Below are positions 1 to 9,277 of a stretch of DNA of 37,214 bases, piece after piece; position 1 is the first letter of the stretch; each line of letters begins with the position of its first letter. Source of the stretch: Clostridia bacterium. Its GTDB lineage: Bacteria; CBDUZB01; JAGLHV01. A model generated the notes under the pieces. The model was given only the letters and a program-made list of their open reading frames with translations, was not told the DNA's origin and made no database searches. A program made the position numbers and the translations under genes. Location: positions 1 through 37,214 of the forward strand of contig DAOVVV010000026.1 in the NCBI GenBank assembly GCA_030637025.1. The letters run 5' to 3'.

Positions 1-855
1 AGTATTGATTTAGCATAAGGAGTAACGAAAGATGTAAATAATAATGTTATTGTTACCGGCGGTAGTAGTAATGGAGCAAATGATGATTATTATACCATAA
101 AATATGATAGTAATTTAGCGGTCATTACTTCGGCGGTCTATGAGGGGGGTGGTATGGATAGGGCATATGGAGTAACGACAGATGGAAATAATAATATTAT
201 TGTTACCGGCGGTAGTAGTAATGGAGCAAATGATGATTATTATACCATAAAATATGATAGTAATTTATTAGTTATTTCTTCTGCGGTTTATGATGGGGGT
301 GATACGGATAAAGCGATAGCAGTGACGGTAGATGGAAATAATAATATTATTGTTACCGGGTATAGTCGCAACGGAGTAAATTATGATTATTATACCATAA
401 AATATGATAGTAATTTAATGGTTATTTCTTCTGCAGTCTATGATGGGGGTATTTCGAATTGGGCATGTGGAGTAACGACAGATGGAAATAATAATATTAT
501 TGTTACCGGATATAATTCTAACGGAGCAAATTATGATTATTATACCATAAAATATGATAGTAATTTGGTTGTTATTTCTTCTGCAGTCTATGATGAGGGT
601 AGTTGGGATTATGCATATGGAATAACGACAGATGGAAATAATAATATTATTGTTACCGGGTATACTTATAATGGAGCAAATTATGATTATTATACCATAA
701 AATATGATAGTAATTTAATGGTTATTTCTTCTGCAGTTTATGATGGGGGTAATAGGGATGATGCATATGGAGTAACGACAGATGGAAATAATAATATTAT
801 TATTTCCGGGTATAGTAATAATGGAGCAAGTCATGATTATTATACCATAAAATAT
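1..855 (+). repeat. Intragenic 150-bp tandem repeat, about 5.7 units
   Basis: The 23-mer ATGATTATTATACCATAAAATAT occurs at 83, 233, 383, 533, 683 and 833 (exact 150-nt period). Confidence 0.97.
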
Positions 856-1443
856 CTTGGTTTCCCTCAAATATTTTCTCTTTCTCCTTTTTTTGCTTCT
901 CCCGGAGAAACATTGGGTATTGTTGTTAACGGGTTAAATTTTTATAATGGAGCTAATATTGTATTTAGTGGAACAGGAATAACCATAAATTCGGTTGATT
1001 TTATTAGTGCTACTCAATTGCGAGTAAATATAACCATTGATGCTCATGTTTTTTCCGGTAGCAGGGATGTCACCGTGACTAATATTGATGAAGCATATGG
1101 AATGTTAGCCGGAGGATTTGAAATCAGGGAAAACATAGGTTATCAGGAGGAAGAAGATTCTCGTTTTGTTAAACTAAGTCCTAAGATAATTACTCCTAAT
1201 GGGGATAGAATAAATGATGCAGCAAATTTTATTTTTACCAATCCTAATAATGAAACAGCTGAGGGAATGATATTTGATTTATCGGGCAGTGTGGTGAGGG
1301 ATAACTTATCAGCAAGTAGTACGACATCTTTAACCTGGGATGGACGGGATAATAGTGGGTGTGTTGTAAGCGGCAAGGTATATATATATCAAATTAAATT
1401 GGGGCATAAAATATTTAATGGGACGGTGGTAGTGGCAAAATAA
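1..1443 (+). CDS. Surface/secreted protein, 5'-truncated by the window: SBBP-like 50-aa beta-propeller repeats + IPT/TIG-like Ig domain + FlgD-Ig/gliding-motility-type C-terminal domain. In-frame TAA at 16-18, so the open part is 19/154..1443.
   Basis: Frame 1 reads SIDLA*GVTKDVNNNVIVTGGSSNGANDDYYTIKYDSN and continues into ORF 154..1443. Repeat consensus DxAYGVTTDGNNNIIVTGYxxNGANYDYYTIKYDSN. Ig-like PQIFSLSP...GLNF...DVTVTN. C-terminus ITPNGDRIND...WDGRDNSG...VYIYQIK...GTVVVAK. Confidence 0.8.
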
Positions 1444-1604
1444 AGCCAAAATATGTTTTTCACTAAACGCGTAATTTTGCCCTACGGGCACGCAAAAACA
1501 AGCTAAAAATGAGCAACTCGCTTTGCTCAGACAAGCTCATTTTTTTAACGCATATTTTTATTAAAATTCGCTAAGTTGTTCAAAACATATTGTGCCTTTA
1601 TTTT
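1437..1604. repeat. 160-bp hairpin/MITE-like dispersed element, copy 1
   Basis: 1441-1600 aligns without gaps to 8056-8215 (143/160 identical by hand count). Ends are inverted: AAAATAAAGCCAAAATATGTTTT / AAAACATATTGTGCCTTTATTTT. Confidence 0.9.
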
Positions 1605-1643
1605 TTTTGTTTTGCTGGAACAAAGCGACAGTCCGTCCGCTTC

Positions 1644-1663
1644 ATCCTCCGTTTCAGGAGGAT
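1644..1663. repeat. Short GC-rich hairpin upstream of the AKR gene
   Basis: ATCCTCC-gtttca-GGAGGAT, a perfect 7-bp stem. Confidence 0.5.
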
Positions 1664-1697
1664 AGGGTGGGAAATTTTAATTGGGAGGAAATGAATT

Positions 1698-2663
1698 ATG
1701 CAGAAAAAAAAATTAGGAAATACGGAACTTTATTTGTCTAATATTGGCTTGGGAACCTGGGCTTTAGGAGGAGGAGGGTATGCTTATGGCTGGGGGCCGC
1801 AGGATGACAAAGAGTCAATTGCTACTATTTGGCGTGCTTTGGATTTAGGAATAAACTGGATAGATACGGCTCCTGTATATGGCTTGGGGCATGCAGAAAA
1901 GGTTGTCGGTAAAGCACTGAAAGGGAAAAAAGAAGTAATAATTGCCAGTAAATGTGGTTTGGTCTGGAATGAAAAAAGAAAACTTTCCGGATGTTTAAAA
2001 CGGGCAAGTATCAGACAGGAAATAGAAGCAAGCTTAAAGCGGCTTAAAAGAGAAGTAATCGATCTTTATCAAATTCACTGGCCTGATCCGGATGAAGATA
2101 TAGAAGAAGCGTGGAGTTTTATGATGGATTTGATAAAAGAAGGAAAAATACGTTATGCCGGTGTATCTAATTTTAATTTGAAACAGTTAAAGAGAGCACA
2201 AAGTATCCAGAGTATAAGTTCGTTACAACCTCTTTATAATATGTTGATGCGTGATATTGAAGAGGGAATCCTGGAGTATTGTGCGGATAATAATGTTGGG
2301 GTGATTGTATACAGTCCTTTACAGTCGGGTTTGTTTACCGGAAAGTTTACCGGGGATAAAATAATGAATTTGCCCAAAGATGATTGGCGAAGGAAAAAGA
2401 ATTCTGAATTTCAGGAACCCCGATTAACCCCAAATCTGAAATTATTGGAGAATCTAAAGCCTTTAATTGAAAAAAGCGGTAGAACTATGGCTCAAACAGC
2501 TATTGCCTGGACCCTGCGGCGTCCGGAGGTAACGGCGGCTATTGTCGGGGCGCGGCATCCTGCTCAAATCAAAGAAACTGTTGTTGCCGGGGAAAAAATG
2601 CTTTCTCAAGAAGAAATAGATTATATAGAAATATTGCTTAAGGAAAGAAACAAGCAAAATTGA
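1698..2663 (+). CDS. Aldo/keto reductase
   Basis: IGLGTWALGG, GINWIDTAPVYGLG, IASKCG, IDLYQIHWPD, GKIRYAGVSNF, YSPLQSG; GGGAGG RBS. Confidence 0.95.
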   Translation: MQKKKLGNTELYLSNIGLGTWALGGGGYAYGWGPQDDKESIATIWRALDLGINWIDTAPVYGLGHAEKVVGKALKGKKEVIIASKCGLVWNEKRKLSGCLKRASIRQEIEASLKRLKREVIDLYQIHWPDPDEDIEEAWSFMMDLIKEGKIRYAGVSNFNLKQLKRAQSIQSISSLQPLYNMLMRDIEEGILEYCADNNVGVIVYSPLQSGLFTGKFTGDKIMNLPKDDWRRKKNSEFQEPRLTPNLKLLENLKPLIEKSGRTMAQTAIAWTLRRPEVTAAIVGARHPAQIKETVVAGEKMLSQEEIDYIEILLKERNKQN

Positions 2664-2688
2664 AAACATGATAAAATTTAACAGGCAA

Positions 2689-4821
2689 TCAACGAATTAT
2701 TGCCAGTTTACCCTGAATTTTTTTGCCTTTATCATTGGTAATTGTATATATGTATATACCTGTACTTACTTGATGGCCATTATGATTAGTTAGATACCAC
2801 TGAACCATATTATTTTCGGATTTTAAAACATTTACCAGATTTCCGGAAACGGTAAATATTTTTATAGTACAACCTGGTGTTAGTTGATCAAAGGTGATTG
2901 GTAAATTAAAATAATTATCCGGTTTCCATGGTTGGGGATAGACCCGGACTTTATCAAGATTGAAAGGTATGGATATTGAATCATCCGGTGTGGGTGTAGG
3001 GTTTAATGGGGATAGGGTTTGATTGGAACAGATAGTACTATATTCCGATAAATTTATCATTTCATCATAAGCCCGGAGGCGGGCATAATATTTCGTACCG
3101 GAGGAAAGTCCACTGATTAAGATATTAGTTACATTACCAATATCTTTATTTTGATAGCCGATGACCGGGTTGGAAAATGATATATCTATAGATATATCCA
3201 ATAAATATCCTATTACTTCGATATTGTCAGTAGCAGCATTCCAGGAAAGAGATAAAGATGATTCCGTGGGATTGCTGAAAATAATTTGGGTGGGAGCGGA
3301 AGGTAATTCATTATCACATTCAAAAACGTCCCCAATGGCTGACCAGATAATTCTGTCCGGTGTGCTGGTATAATCGCGTGAATATTGAACTTCCTGTGCC
3401 TGGGTTACTTGTCCCTCTCCATTCCTGGCTATTACCAGATATCCCTGTGGGGTAAACTCTGAGAAAGATGTACCATTATATCTTGTCCATCCTTTCAAAA
3501 GACCTCCGACATTATAGTTAAAGACATCCTGCGTCCAGTACTTATTGCAGATAATGTCTTCCATAATATTTTCGTCATGATAGTTTATGGTTAAAAGTTG
3601 GTGTGGGGGATTTGTATTATAGGTACGTTCTTCATTAGGGAGGGTATAAGAGGTAATGAAACCCGGAGCAGAATAATATATTCCATTATGTACAAAAGCC
3701 CCGATGACTACCAGATTAGTATTACGTGTACTGTTGGGAATCATAGTTTTGTGATGATAATCTATTTCTATTAATACTTCGGTGCTTTTGTCATCCAGGG
3801 GCGTTATGCGTATGTGTTCCGGGTTACCGCGTAAGATTACCCAGTGATAGGTTAATAGTCTTTCATTGGTATCATAACTATTCTTAGCACTGATTCTCAT
3901 TTTCTGGGTATAGTTAAAATTCTTCCAGAGTCGCGAAATTGATACCGGTGTTTCATAGAGTTGTTGATTATTAATATAATCAAAATAGTTTTTCCCTTTT
4001 ATGCCGGTATAAGTATCCTCTGTTATTTGGAGTTGAACCATAGGCGGGATTTCCGTAGGTAATATTTCATTTGCCATTTGGACCATAGCCATAGCATTGT
4101 CATAATTATCAAAGGCATTTGGGTGGGCTTGACCGGACAAATATTCGGTATTACTGTTTACACGGGTTCGCCTCATAATCATCTGGATTGTGGGCATCAA
4201 TAAACCTTTCTCAATTAGCTTGGATTTGGTTTCCGGTTGAAAGGCTGCCAGTGTCCAGAAAAATTTCTTAACTTCATCAATTTCACTACCGGAAGATCCC
4301 TGTGAATTGCTGACTGAGGGTAGCATGGCATGGTAGTCATCGGTCTCGTCATGATCACGATGTTCGGGATACCAGAAAGCATTATTATTTATGTATTGTT
4401 GATATAAAATATTAGCGCCATTGGAACTCCTAATCCAATATCGTGGGAGACTAATTGTTCCGGGTAAAGAGGTATAGGCCAGGGAGGCGTTTCCGACAAT
4501 AACTTTATTTTGGTCCACTGTAGAAACGAATCCATAGGTGGGGGTCATAATCGTTACCTGGGGATGGTCGGTGGCTGCGCCGCTAAGCGAGCTATGTTGT
4601 CCATCGGCATTATGGTAATAATCTCCGGTATTTCCTGAGGCCAGACCTTGCGAGTATTTTTCTGTAAGAAAAATACAGATTGCCGAACCGGAATTACAAA
4701 TTGGAGTAGCCTGGGCAGGAGTAGCTTTACTTATTATAAAAAAAACTAAGATTAATAGACATAGAACATAATTTCCGGTGTTTATTTGTCGCCTATTTGG
4801 ATAATAATTCTTATTTGACAT
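2689..4821 (-). CDS. Secreted protein: uncharacterised N-terminal domain + fibronectin type III + T9SS type-A-like C-terminal domain
   Basis: AAGGAG precedes the ATG at 4821 (the ORF track starts at GTG 4854). Signal-like YVLCLLILVFFIISKATPAQA. FN3: PSAPT...LSWNAATDNIEVIGY...GLSSGTKYYARLRAYD. CTD: VRVYPQPW...IKIFTVSGNLV...GIYIYTI...GKLAIIR. Confidence 0.8.
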   Translation of the reverse strand: MSNKNYYPNRRQINTGNYVLCLLILVFFIISKATPAQATPICNSGSAICIFLTEKYSQGLASGNTGDYYHNADGQHSSLSGAATDHPQVTIMTPTYGFVSTVDQNKVIVGNASLAYTSLPGTISLPRYWIRSSNGANILYQQYINNNAFWYPEHRDHDETDDYHAMLPSVSNSQGSSGSEIDEVKKFFWTLAAFQPETKSKLIEKGLLMPTIQMIMRRTRVNSNTEYLSGQAHPNAFDNYDNAMAMVQMANEILPTEIPPMVQLQITEDTYTGIKGKNYFDYINNQQLYETPVSISRLWKNFNYTQKMRISAKNSYDTNERLLTYHWVILRGNPEHIRITPLDDKSTEVLIEIDYHHKTMIPNSTRNTNLVVIGAFVHNGIYYSAPGFITSYTLPNEERTYNTNPPHQLLTINYHDENIMEDIICNKYWTQDVFNYNVGGLLKGWTRYNGTSFSEFTPQGYLVIARNGEGQVTQAQEVQYSRDYTSTPDRIIWSAIGDVFECDNELPSAPTQIIFSNPTESSLSLSWNAATDNIEVIGYLLDISIDISFSNPVIGYQNKDIGNVTNILISGLSSGTKYYARLRAYDEMINLSEYSTICSNQTLSPLNPTPTPDDSISIPFNLDKVRVYPQPWKPDNYFNLPITFDQLTPGCTIKIFTVSGNLVNVLKSENNMVQWYLTNHNGHQVSTGIYIYTITNDKGKKIQGKLAIIR

Positions 4822-4917
4822 AATGTGCTCCTTAATATTATTATAGCACGGCACCTATTATTGTGCAATCTATGGTAGATATCGGTATACCCTTTTCAAT
4901 GTCTAAACATTAAAATC

Positions 4918-4946
4918 TTGATTTTTATCAATCAGTTAGATATAAT
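4918..4946 (+). promoter_or_regulatory. Sigma70-type promoter for udg-priA
   Basis: TTGATT-17 nt-TATAAT, about 50 nt upstream of ATG 4996. Confidence 0.6.
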
Positions 4947-4995
4947 AAATTCAACGGGTAAAAATTGAGTAAAATTAAAAAAGGATGGATTAATA

Positions 4996-5733
4996 ATGAA
5001 ACAGGCTAAAAATAAGGCGAAAAAGGAGTACAAAGAAATTCTTAATCTGACCGGTAAATATTTGAAACAAAGAAAAGAAACAGGGGAAAAACAGGTTTGT
5101 TTGAATAAGGATATTAAGTTCTCTCAAAGGACAAAAGTTTCGCCTCTGCCGGAAAATATTTTAAAAAAATTAGAAAATAAATTAAAAAATTGCCAAAGAT
5201 GTAATTTGGGTAAAAGCAGAACCAAATTGGTTTTTGGAGAGGGAAATGCCGGTGCCTGGCTGATGTTTGTCGGTGAAGGCCCCGGATATGATGAAGATAT
5301 GCAGGGACGCCCTTTTATTGGCCGGGCAGGAAAACTCTTGAGTAAGATTATCGAAGCGATGGAAATGAAAAGGGAAGAGGTATATATTGGCAATATTGTC
5401 AAATGTCATCCGATGATTAACCCTGAGCAGCCTCAAAAGAGGGGTAATGACCGACCGCCCCGACCGGAAGAAGTTGCTCAATGTAAACCATTTTTATTGA
5501 AACAGATAGAAATTATAAAACCAAAGATCATTTGTACCTTAGGTACTCATGCTACCCAGGCTCTTTTAGAAACAAAAGTACCTATTGGGTCTTTAAGGGG
5601 TAAGTTTCATTATTTTGGAAATTGTAAATTGATGCCCACCTATCATCCCGCAGCATTATTGCGTAACCCTGCCTGGAAAAAATTCGTTTGGGAAGATATG
5701 AAAAAAATAATGCAGGAACATAGTAAAAACTAA
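4996..5733 (+). CDS. udg: Uracil-DNA glycosylase family 4 (Fe-S)
   Basis: CQRCNL, VFGEGN, FVGEGPG, GRPFIGRAGKLL, NIVKCHP, PTYHPAALLRNP. Confidence 0.93.
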   Translation: MKQAKNKAKKEYKEILNLTGKYLKQRKETGEKQVCLNKDIKFSQRTKVSPLPENILKKLENKLKNCQRCNLGKSRTKLVFGEGNAGAWLMFVGEGPGYDEDMQGRPFIGRAGKLLSKIIEAMEMKREEVYIGNIVKCHPMINPEQPQKRGNDRPPRPEEVAQCKPFLLKQIEIIKPKIICTLGTHATQALLETKVPIGSLRGKFHYFGNCKLMPTYHPAALLRNPAWKKFVWEDMKKIMQEHSKN

Positions 5734-5834
5734 AAAATATTAAGTACTAATTTCTTTCAGAGGCGATAAGCAATTCAGAGAGGAACTTAGAATTTTAAAA
5801 GTATTCTATAAAAACATGTTAAAGAAAGCGTTTA

Positions 5835-7859
5835 ATGAATATGGAAGAAAAAAAAATAATTAACATTATTTTATCTGCTCCTCTGGAAAAAACCTTTTAT
5901 TATGCTGTGCCACAGGATATATCAGAAAGGGTAGAAGTGGGAATGAGAGTGGTAGTTCCTTTTGGTAAACGCGAAGTGGAAGGTTATGTGTTAAATTTTG
6001 TTGAGCAGTCGGAAGTTAAGGGGTTTGATTTTAAGAAGGATAGATTAAAAAACATTTTAAGGATAGTAGATAAACAAGCAGTGCTATCGGACGAATTTTT
6101 TGCTTTAGGGCGGTGGATTGCTGATTATTATGCCTGTTCATGGGGAGAGGCATTAAGTGCAATTGTTCCTCCCCGATGTAGCGAAAAAAAGAGAAGAGTG
6201 CATAGAAAAGAAGAAAAAAATGTAGTTTCCAGGAAGTCTTTTTTTATACCTATGCCCCAGCAGGAAAACATTCTTAAACCGATTAGAAAATGCATTGATA
6301 AAGGTCATTATAAAACTTTTTTATTGCACGGAATAAGTGATAGCGGAAAAACGGAGGTTTATCTTCAGGCAATTGCACAAGTTTTGCAAAGGGGAAAACA
6401 GGCTTTATTTCTTGTGCCGGAAATAGCCCTTACCCCGCAGGTAATTCAACAGTTTTGTGAACGATTCGGAGAAGAAGTAGGAATTTGGCACAGTCATCTT
6501 TCCTTGAGGGAAAGATATGATACCTGGAAAGCAGTTTGTCGGGGAGATATTAAAGTGTTGATTGGGACCCGTTCGGCTGTGTTTGCCCCTTTTCCTGATT
6601 TAGGAATAATAATCATTGATGAAGAACACGAAACTTCTTTTAAACAAGAACAAAAACCGATGTATCATACCCGGGAGGTGGCTATTTTTCGTGCCCGACG
6701 GAATAATGCAGTATTGATTTTAGGTTCTGCTACACCGTCTTTAGAATCTTATTACCGGGCCAAACAAGGGGAATTTCATCTAATTTATTTAGAACACCGT
6801 ATAGAAGAAAGAAAAAAGCCCTTAGTGAGAATAGTGGATATGGCTAAGGAATTGAGAAGAAATAACCGTAAAATTCTTTCAGGAGAATTACAGGCGGATA
6901 TTTCTGAGCAAATAAAAGAATCCAGGCAAGTTATTTTATTTATGAACCGGCGTGGTTATTTTACCACTAATTTTTGTCGTAGTTGTGGTTATGTTTTGCG
7001 TTGTCCGCGGTGCAGTGTTGCTATGGTGTACCATTTAAAACAGGATGGGATGATTTGTCATTATTGCAATCATAAGGAAAAGGAACCGTCTTTATGTCCC
7101 GAATGCGAAAGTAAATATATGCGTAAATTCGGATATGGAACGGAAAAAATAGAAGAAGTGGTAAAAAAAATGTTTCCTTCTAAAAAAATCCTTCGACTGG
7201 ATTTAGATACCGCTTATAAAAAGAATACTTATCAAAAGATGTTTTCTTTATTTAAAAAAGGCAAAATAGATATTTTAATCGGCACACAAATGATTGTTAA
7301 AGGTTTTGATTTTCCGCAGGTTACTCTGGTAGGGGTCGTACTTGCTGATACAACCCTTTATCTTCCCAGTTTTCGTTCGGCAGAAACAACTTTTTCTTTG
7401 CTTACCCAGGTGGCCGGACGGGCAGGCAGAGGAAATGTTCCGGGTAAAGTAATTATTCAAACCTATAATCCCCAGCATTATAGTATTAAGGCAGCAGGGA
7501 AACTGGATTATGTCTCTTTTTATGAACAGGAAGTTAAATTTAGAGAGGATCTTGATTATCCACCTTTTAAACACTTGATAAATTTGGTAGTAAGGGGAAA
7601 GAATGTTGATAGGGTGGAGAAAGAAATAGAAAATCTTAAATCTTCCTTGAAAATGTGGATCAAAAGAGCGGGGTTAAATTTTACTATGTTGGGTCCAACG
7701 CCTGCACCCCGGGCTAAATTGTCGGGAAAATTTCGTTGGCAGATTTTAATAAAAATCGATAAAGAAGAAATGGCAAAACTTGTTTCTTTGTTACGTCTTT
7801 ACAAATGTGGAGGAGGATTATATTTAAGTATTGATGTTGACCCGATGAATGTGTTATAA
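5835..7859 (+). CDS. priA: Primosomal protein N' (replication restart helicase)
   Basis: Walker A variant GISDSGKTEVY, LVPEIALTPQ, IIIDEEHETSFKQ, GSATPSLES, CxxC zinc knuckles, ILIGTQMIVKGFDFP, QVAGRAGR, terminal IDVDP. Confidence 0.97.
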   Translation: MNMEEKKIINIILSAPLEKTFYYAVPQDISERVEVGMRVVVPFGKREVEGYVLNFVEQSEVKGFDFKKDRLKNILRIVDKQAVLSDEFFALGRWIADYYACSWGEALSAIVPPRCSEKKRRVHRKEEKNVVSRKSFFIPMPQQENILKPIRKCIDKGHYKTFLLHGISDSGKTEVYLQAIAQVLQRGKQALFLVPEIALTPQVIQQFCERFGEEVGIWHSHLSLRERYDTWKAVCRGDIKVLIGTRSAVFAPFPDLGIIIIDEEHETSFKQEQKPMYHTREVAIFRARRNNAVLILGSATPSLESYYRAKQGEFHLIYLEHRIEERKKPLVRIVDMAKELRRNNRKILSGELQADISEQIKESRQVILFMNRRGYFTTNFCRSCGYVLRCPRCSVAMVYHLKQDGMICHYCNHKEKEPSLCPECESKYMRKFGYGTEKIEEVVKKMFPSKKILRLDLDTAYKKNTYQKMFSLFKKGKIDILIGTQMIVKGFDFPQVTLVGVVLADTTLYLPSFRSAETTFSLLTQVAGRAGRGNVPGKVIIQTYNPQHYSIKAAGKLDYVSFYEQEVKFREDLDYPPFKHLINLVVRGKNVDRVEKEIENLKSSLKMWIKRAGLNFTMLGPTPAPRAKLSGKFRWQILIKIDKEEMAKLVSLLRLYKCGGGLYLSIDVDPMNVL

Positions 7860-7861
7860 AG

Positions 7862-8052
7862 AAAAAGACAGTTAAAAGACAAACAAAAGTCCATAGTCCA
7901 CAGTCCATAGTCCACAGTCGATAGTCCATAGATAACAGATAAAAGATAAAGGCAGTTAAAAGACGGTTGAATTGGTTTTATTAGTTAAATTGGTTAAAGA
8001 CAAAAGAAAAGGACAGGCACAAAGGCATCAAGGCACAGAGGCACAAAGTAAA
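7862..8052 (+). repeat. Composite short-repeat array A (priA-fmt intergenic)
   Basis: AGTC(C/G)A(T/C) x6 (7888-7929); AGATAA(C/A) x3 (7930-7950); 9-mer GGTTnnATT-like x3.5 (7965-7998); 8-mer GGCA(CA/TC)(A/G)A x4 (8016-8047). Linkers CAGTTAAAAGAC x2 and TTAAAGACAAAA. Confidence 0.9.
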
Positions 8053-8221
8053 GAATAAAGGCAAAATATGTTTTTCTCTAAACACATAATTTTACCCTGT
8101 GGGCACGCAAAAACAAGCTAAAAATAAGCAACTCGCTTTGCTCAGACAAGCTTATTTTTTTAACGCTAATTTTTGCTAAAATTTGCTAAGTCGTTCAAAA
8201 CATATTTTACCTTTATTCTTT
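8050..8221. repeat. 160-bp hairpin/MITE-like dispersed element, copy 2
   Basis: Inverted ends AAAGAATAAAGGCAAAATATGTTTT / AAAACATATTTTACCTTTATTCTTT. Inner stem AAAAATAAGC..GCTTATTTTT around AACTCGCTTTGCTCAGACA. Confidence 0.9.
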
Positions 8222-8323
8222 TTGTCTTGAATTTTGGATTTGGATATTAAAATTTAGTGTTTGAAATATTGTAGGAATTATAATGCCTGAAATTTTACTA
8301 ATGGTTTTAGGGAGGATTAGTTA

Positions 8324-9277
8324 ATGCGTATTCTTTATATGGGAACACCGCAAGACGCAGTTCCCTTTTTAGAATTTTTATTACAAAAAGAAGAGGTTGT
8401 CGGGGTTGTTACCCGTCAGGACAAGCCTTGCGGCCGGGGATATGTAAAAAAAAATCCTCCGGTGAAAGAATGTGCGATTAAGCATGATTTATCGGTTTTT
8501 CAACCGGGAAAAATTAAAACAGATGAGTTTTTAGGGGAAATGCAAAAACTGCAGCCGGATTTAATTATAGTTGTTGCTTATGGAAAAATTTTACCCAAAA
8601 GAATTTTGAATTTACCTCCGCAGGGCTGTATTAATATCCATTTTTCTCTTTTACCGCAATATCGCGGTGCTTCTCCGGTCCAGTGGGCGATTATAAAAGG
8701 CGAAAAGATAACGGGTGTAACGGTAATGTTTATGGATGAGGGAATGGATACAGGTGAAGTTATTTTACAAAAAGAAGTAGTTATTGAGCAGAAGGACGAT
8801 GTTGTATCTTTAAAAGAAAAACTTATTAAAGCGGGGTGTATGCTTTTAGAGGAAACAATTAATCTGATAAAACAGGAAAAAATTAAAAGGCTTCCTCAAT
8901 CGGGACAGCCCTCATATGCTTCTCTTTTAAAAAAAGAAGACGGTAAAATTTGCTGGAAAAAAAATGCTGTTGATATTAATAATTTAGTACGGGGTTTAAC
9001 CCCGTGGCCGGGCTCATATATAATTACCCGGGAAAAAGAAGGAAATCAAAAAATTTTAAAAATAATGGAAACAGAGCTTTGTAAAGTAGAAACTAAAGAT
9101 GTTTCTTCTTTTATGCCGGGGCAGATTGTAGAGATTAGAAAACATAAAGGGGCTGTAATTAAATGCGGGAAAGATGTTTTGTTGGTGGGAAAAGTGCATC
9201 CGGAAAATAGAAAAGTAATGAATTGCTATCAGTATCTTCAGGGTAAGCATTTGAAAGAAGGGGATTATTTAAAATGA
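8324..9277 (+). CDS. fmt: Methionyl-tRNA formyltransferase
   Basis: MRILYMGTP, VVTRQDKPCGRG, VVAYGKILP, INIHFSLLPQYRGASPVQWAI, MDEGMDTG, RGLTPWPG. Confidence 0.97.
   Translation: MRILYMGTPQDAVPFLEFLLQKEEVVGVVTRQDKPCGRGYVKKNPPVKECAIKHDLSVFQPGKIKTDEFLGEMQKLQPDLIIVVAYGKILPKRILNLPPQGCINIHFSLLPQYRGASPVQWAIIKGEKITGVTVMFMDEGMDTGEVILQKEVVIEQKDDVVSLKEKLIKAGCMLLEETINLIKQEKIKRLPQSGQPSYASLLKKEDGKICWKKNAVDINNLVRGLTPWPGSYIITREKEGNQKILKIMETELCKVETKDVSSFMPGQIVEIRKHKGAVIKCGKDVLLVGKVHPENRKVMNCYQYLQGKHLKEGDYLK

Noticed and set aside
16-18. Stop-codon reassignment (TAA as Tyr)
   Set aside because: TAA, TAG and TGA all terminate conserved genes at expected positions (priA TAA, gap TAG, fmt TGA).
1-855. CRISPR array (constant 23-mer at regular spacing)
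   Set aside because: The period is exactly 150 nt, the intervening sequences are homologous and in frame, and there are no cas genes; it is a coding repeat.
1-855. Diversity-generating retroelement TR/VR pair
   Set aside because: Differences between units are not confined to adenines of one template copy, many scaffold adenines are invariant, and no RT or Avd is present in the window.
7714-7929. Minus-strand 71-aa ORF MDYRLWTMDCGLWT
   Set aside because: It is the translation of the heptamer repeat and lies antisense to the priA 3' end.
7862-8052. Arrays A/B as degenerate CRISPR
   Set aside because: No constant 23-47-nt repeat with unique spacers; the shared parts are themselves short tandem repeats.
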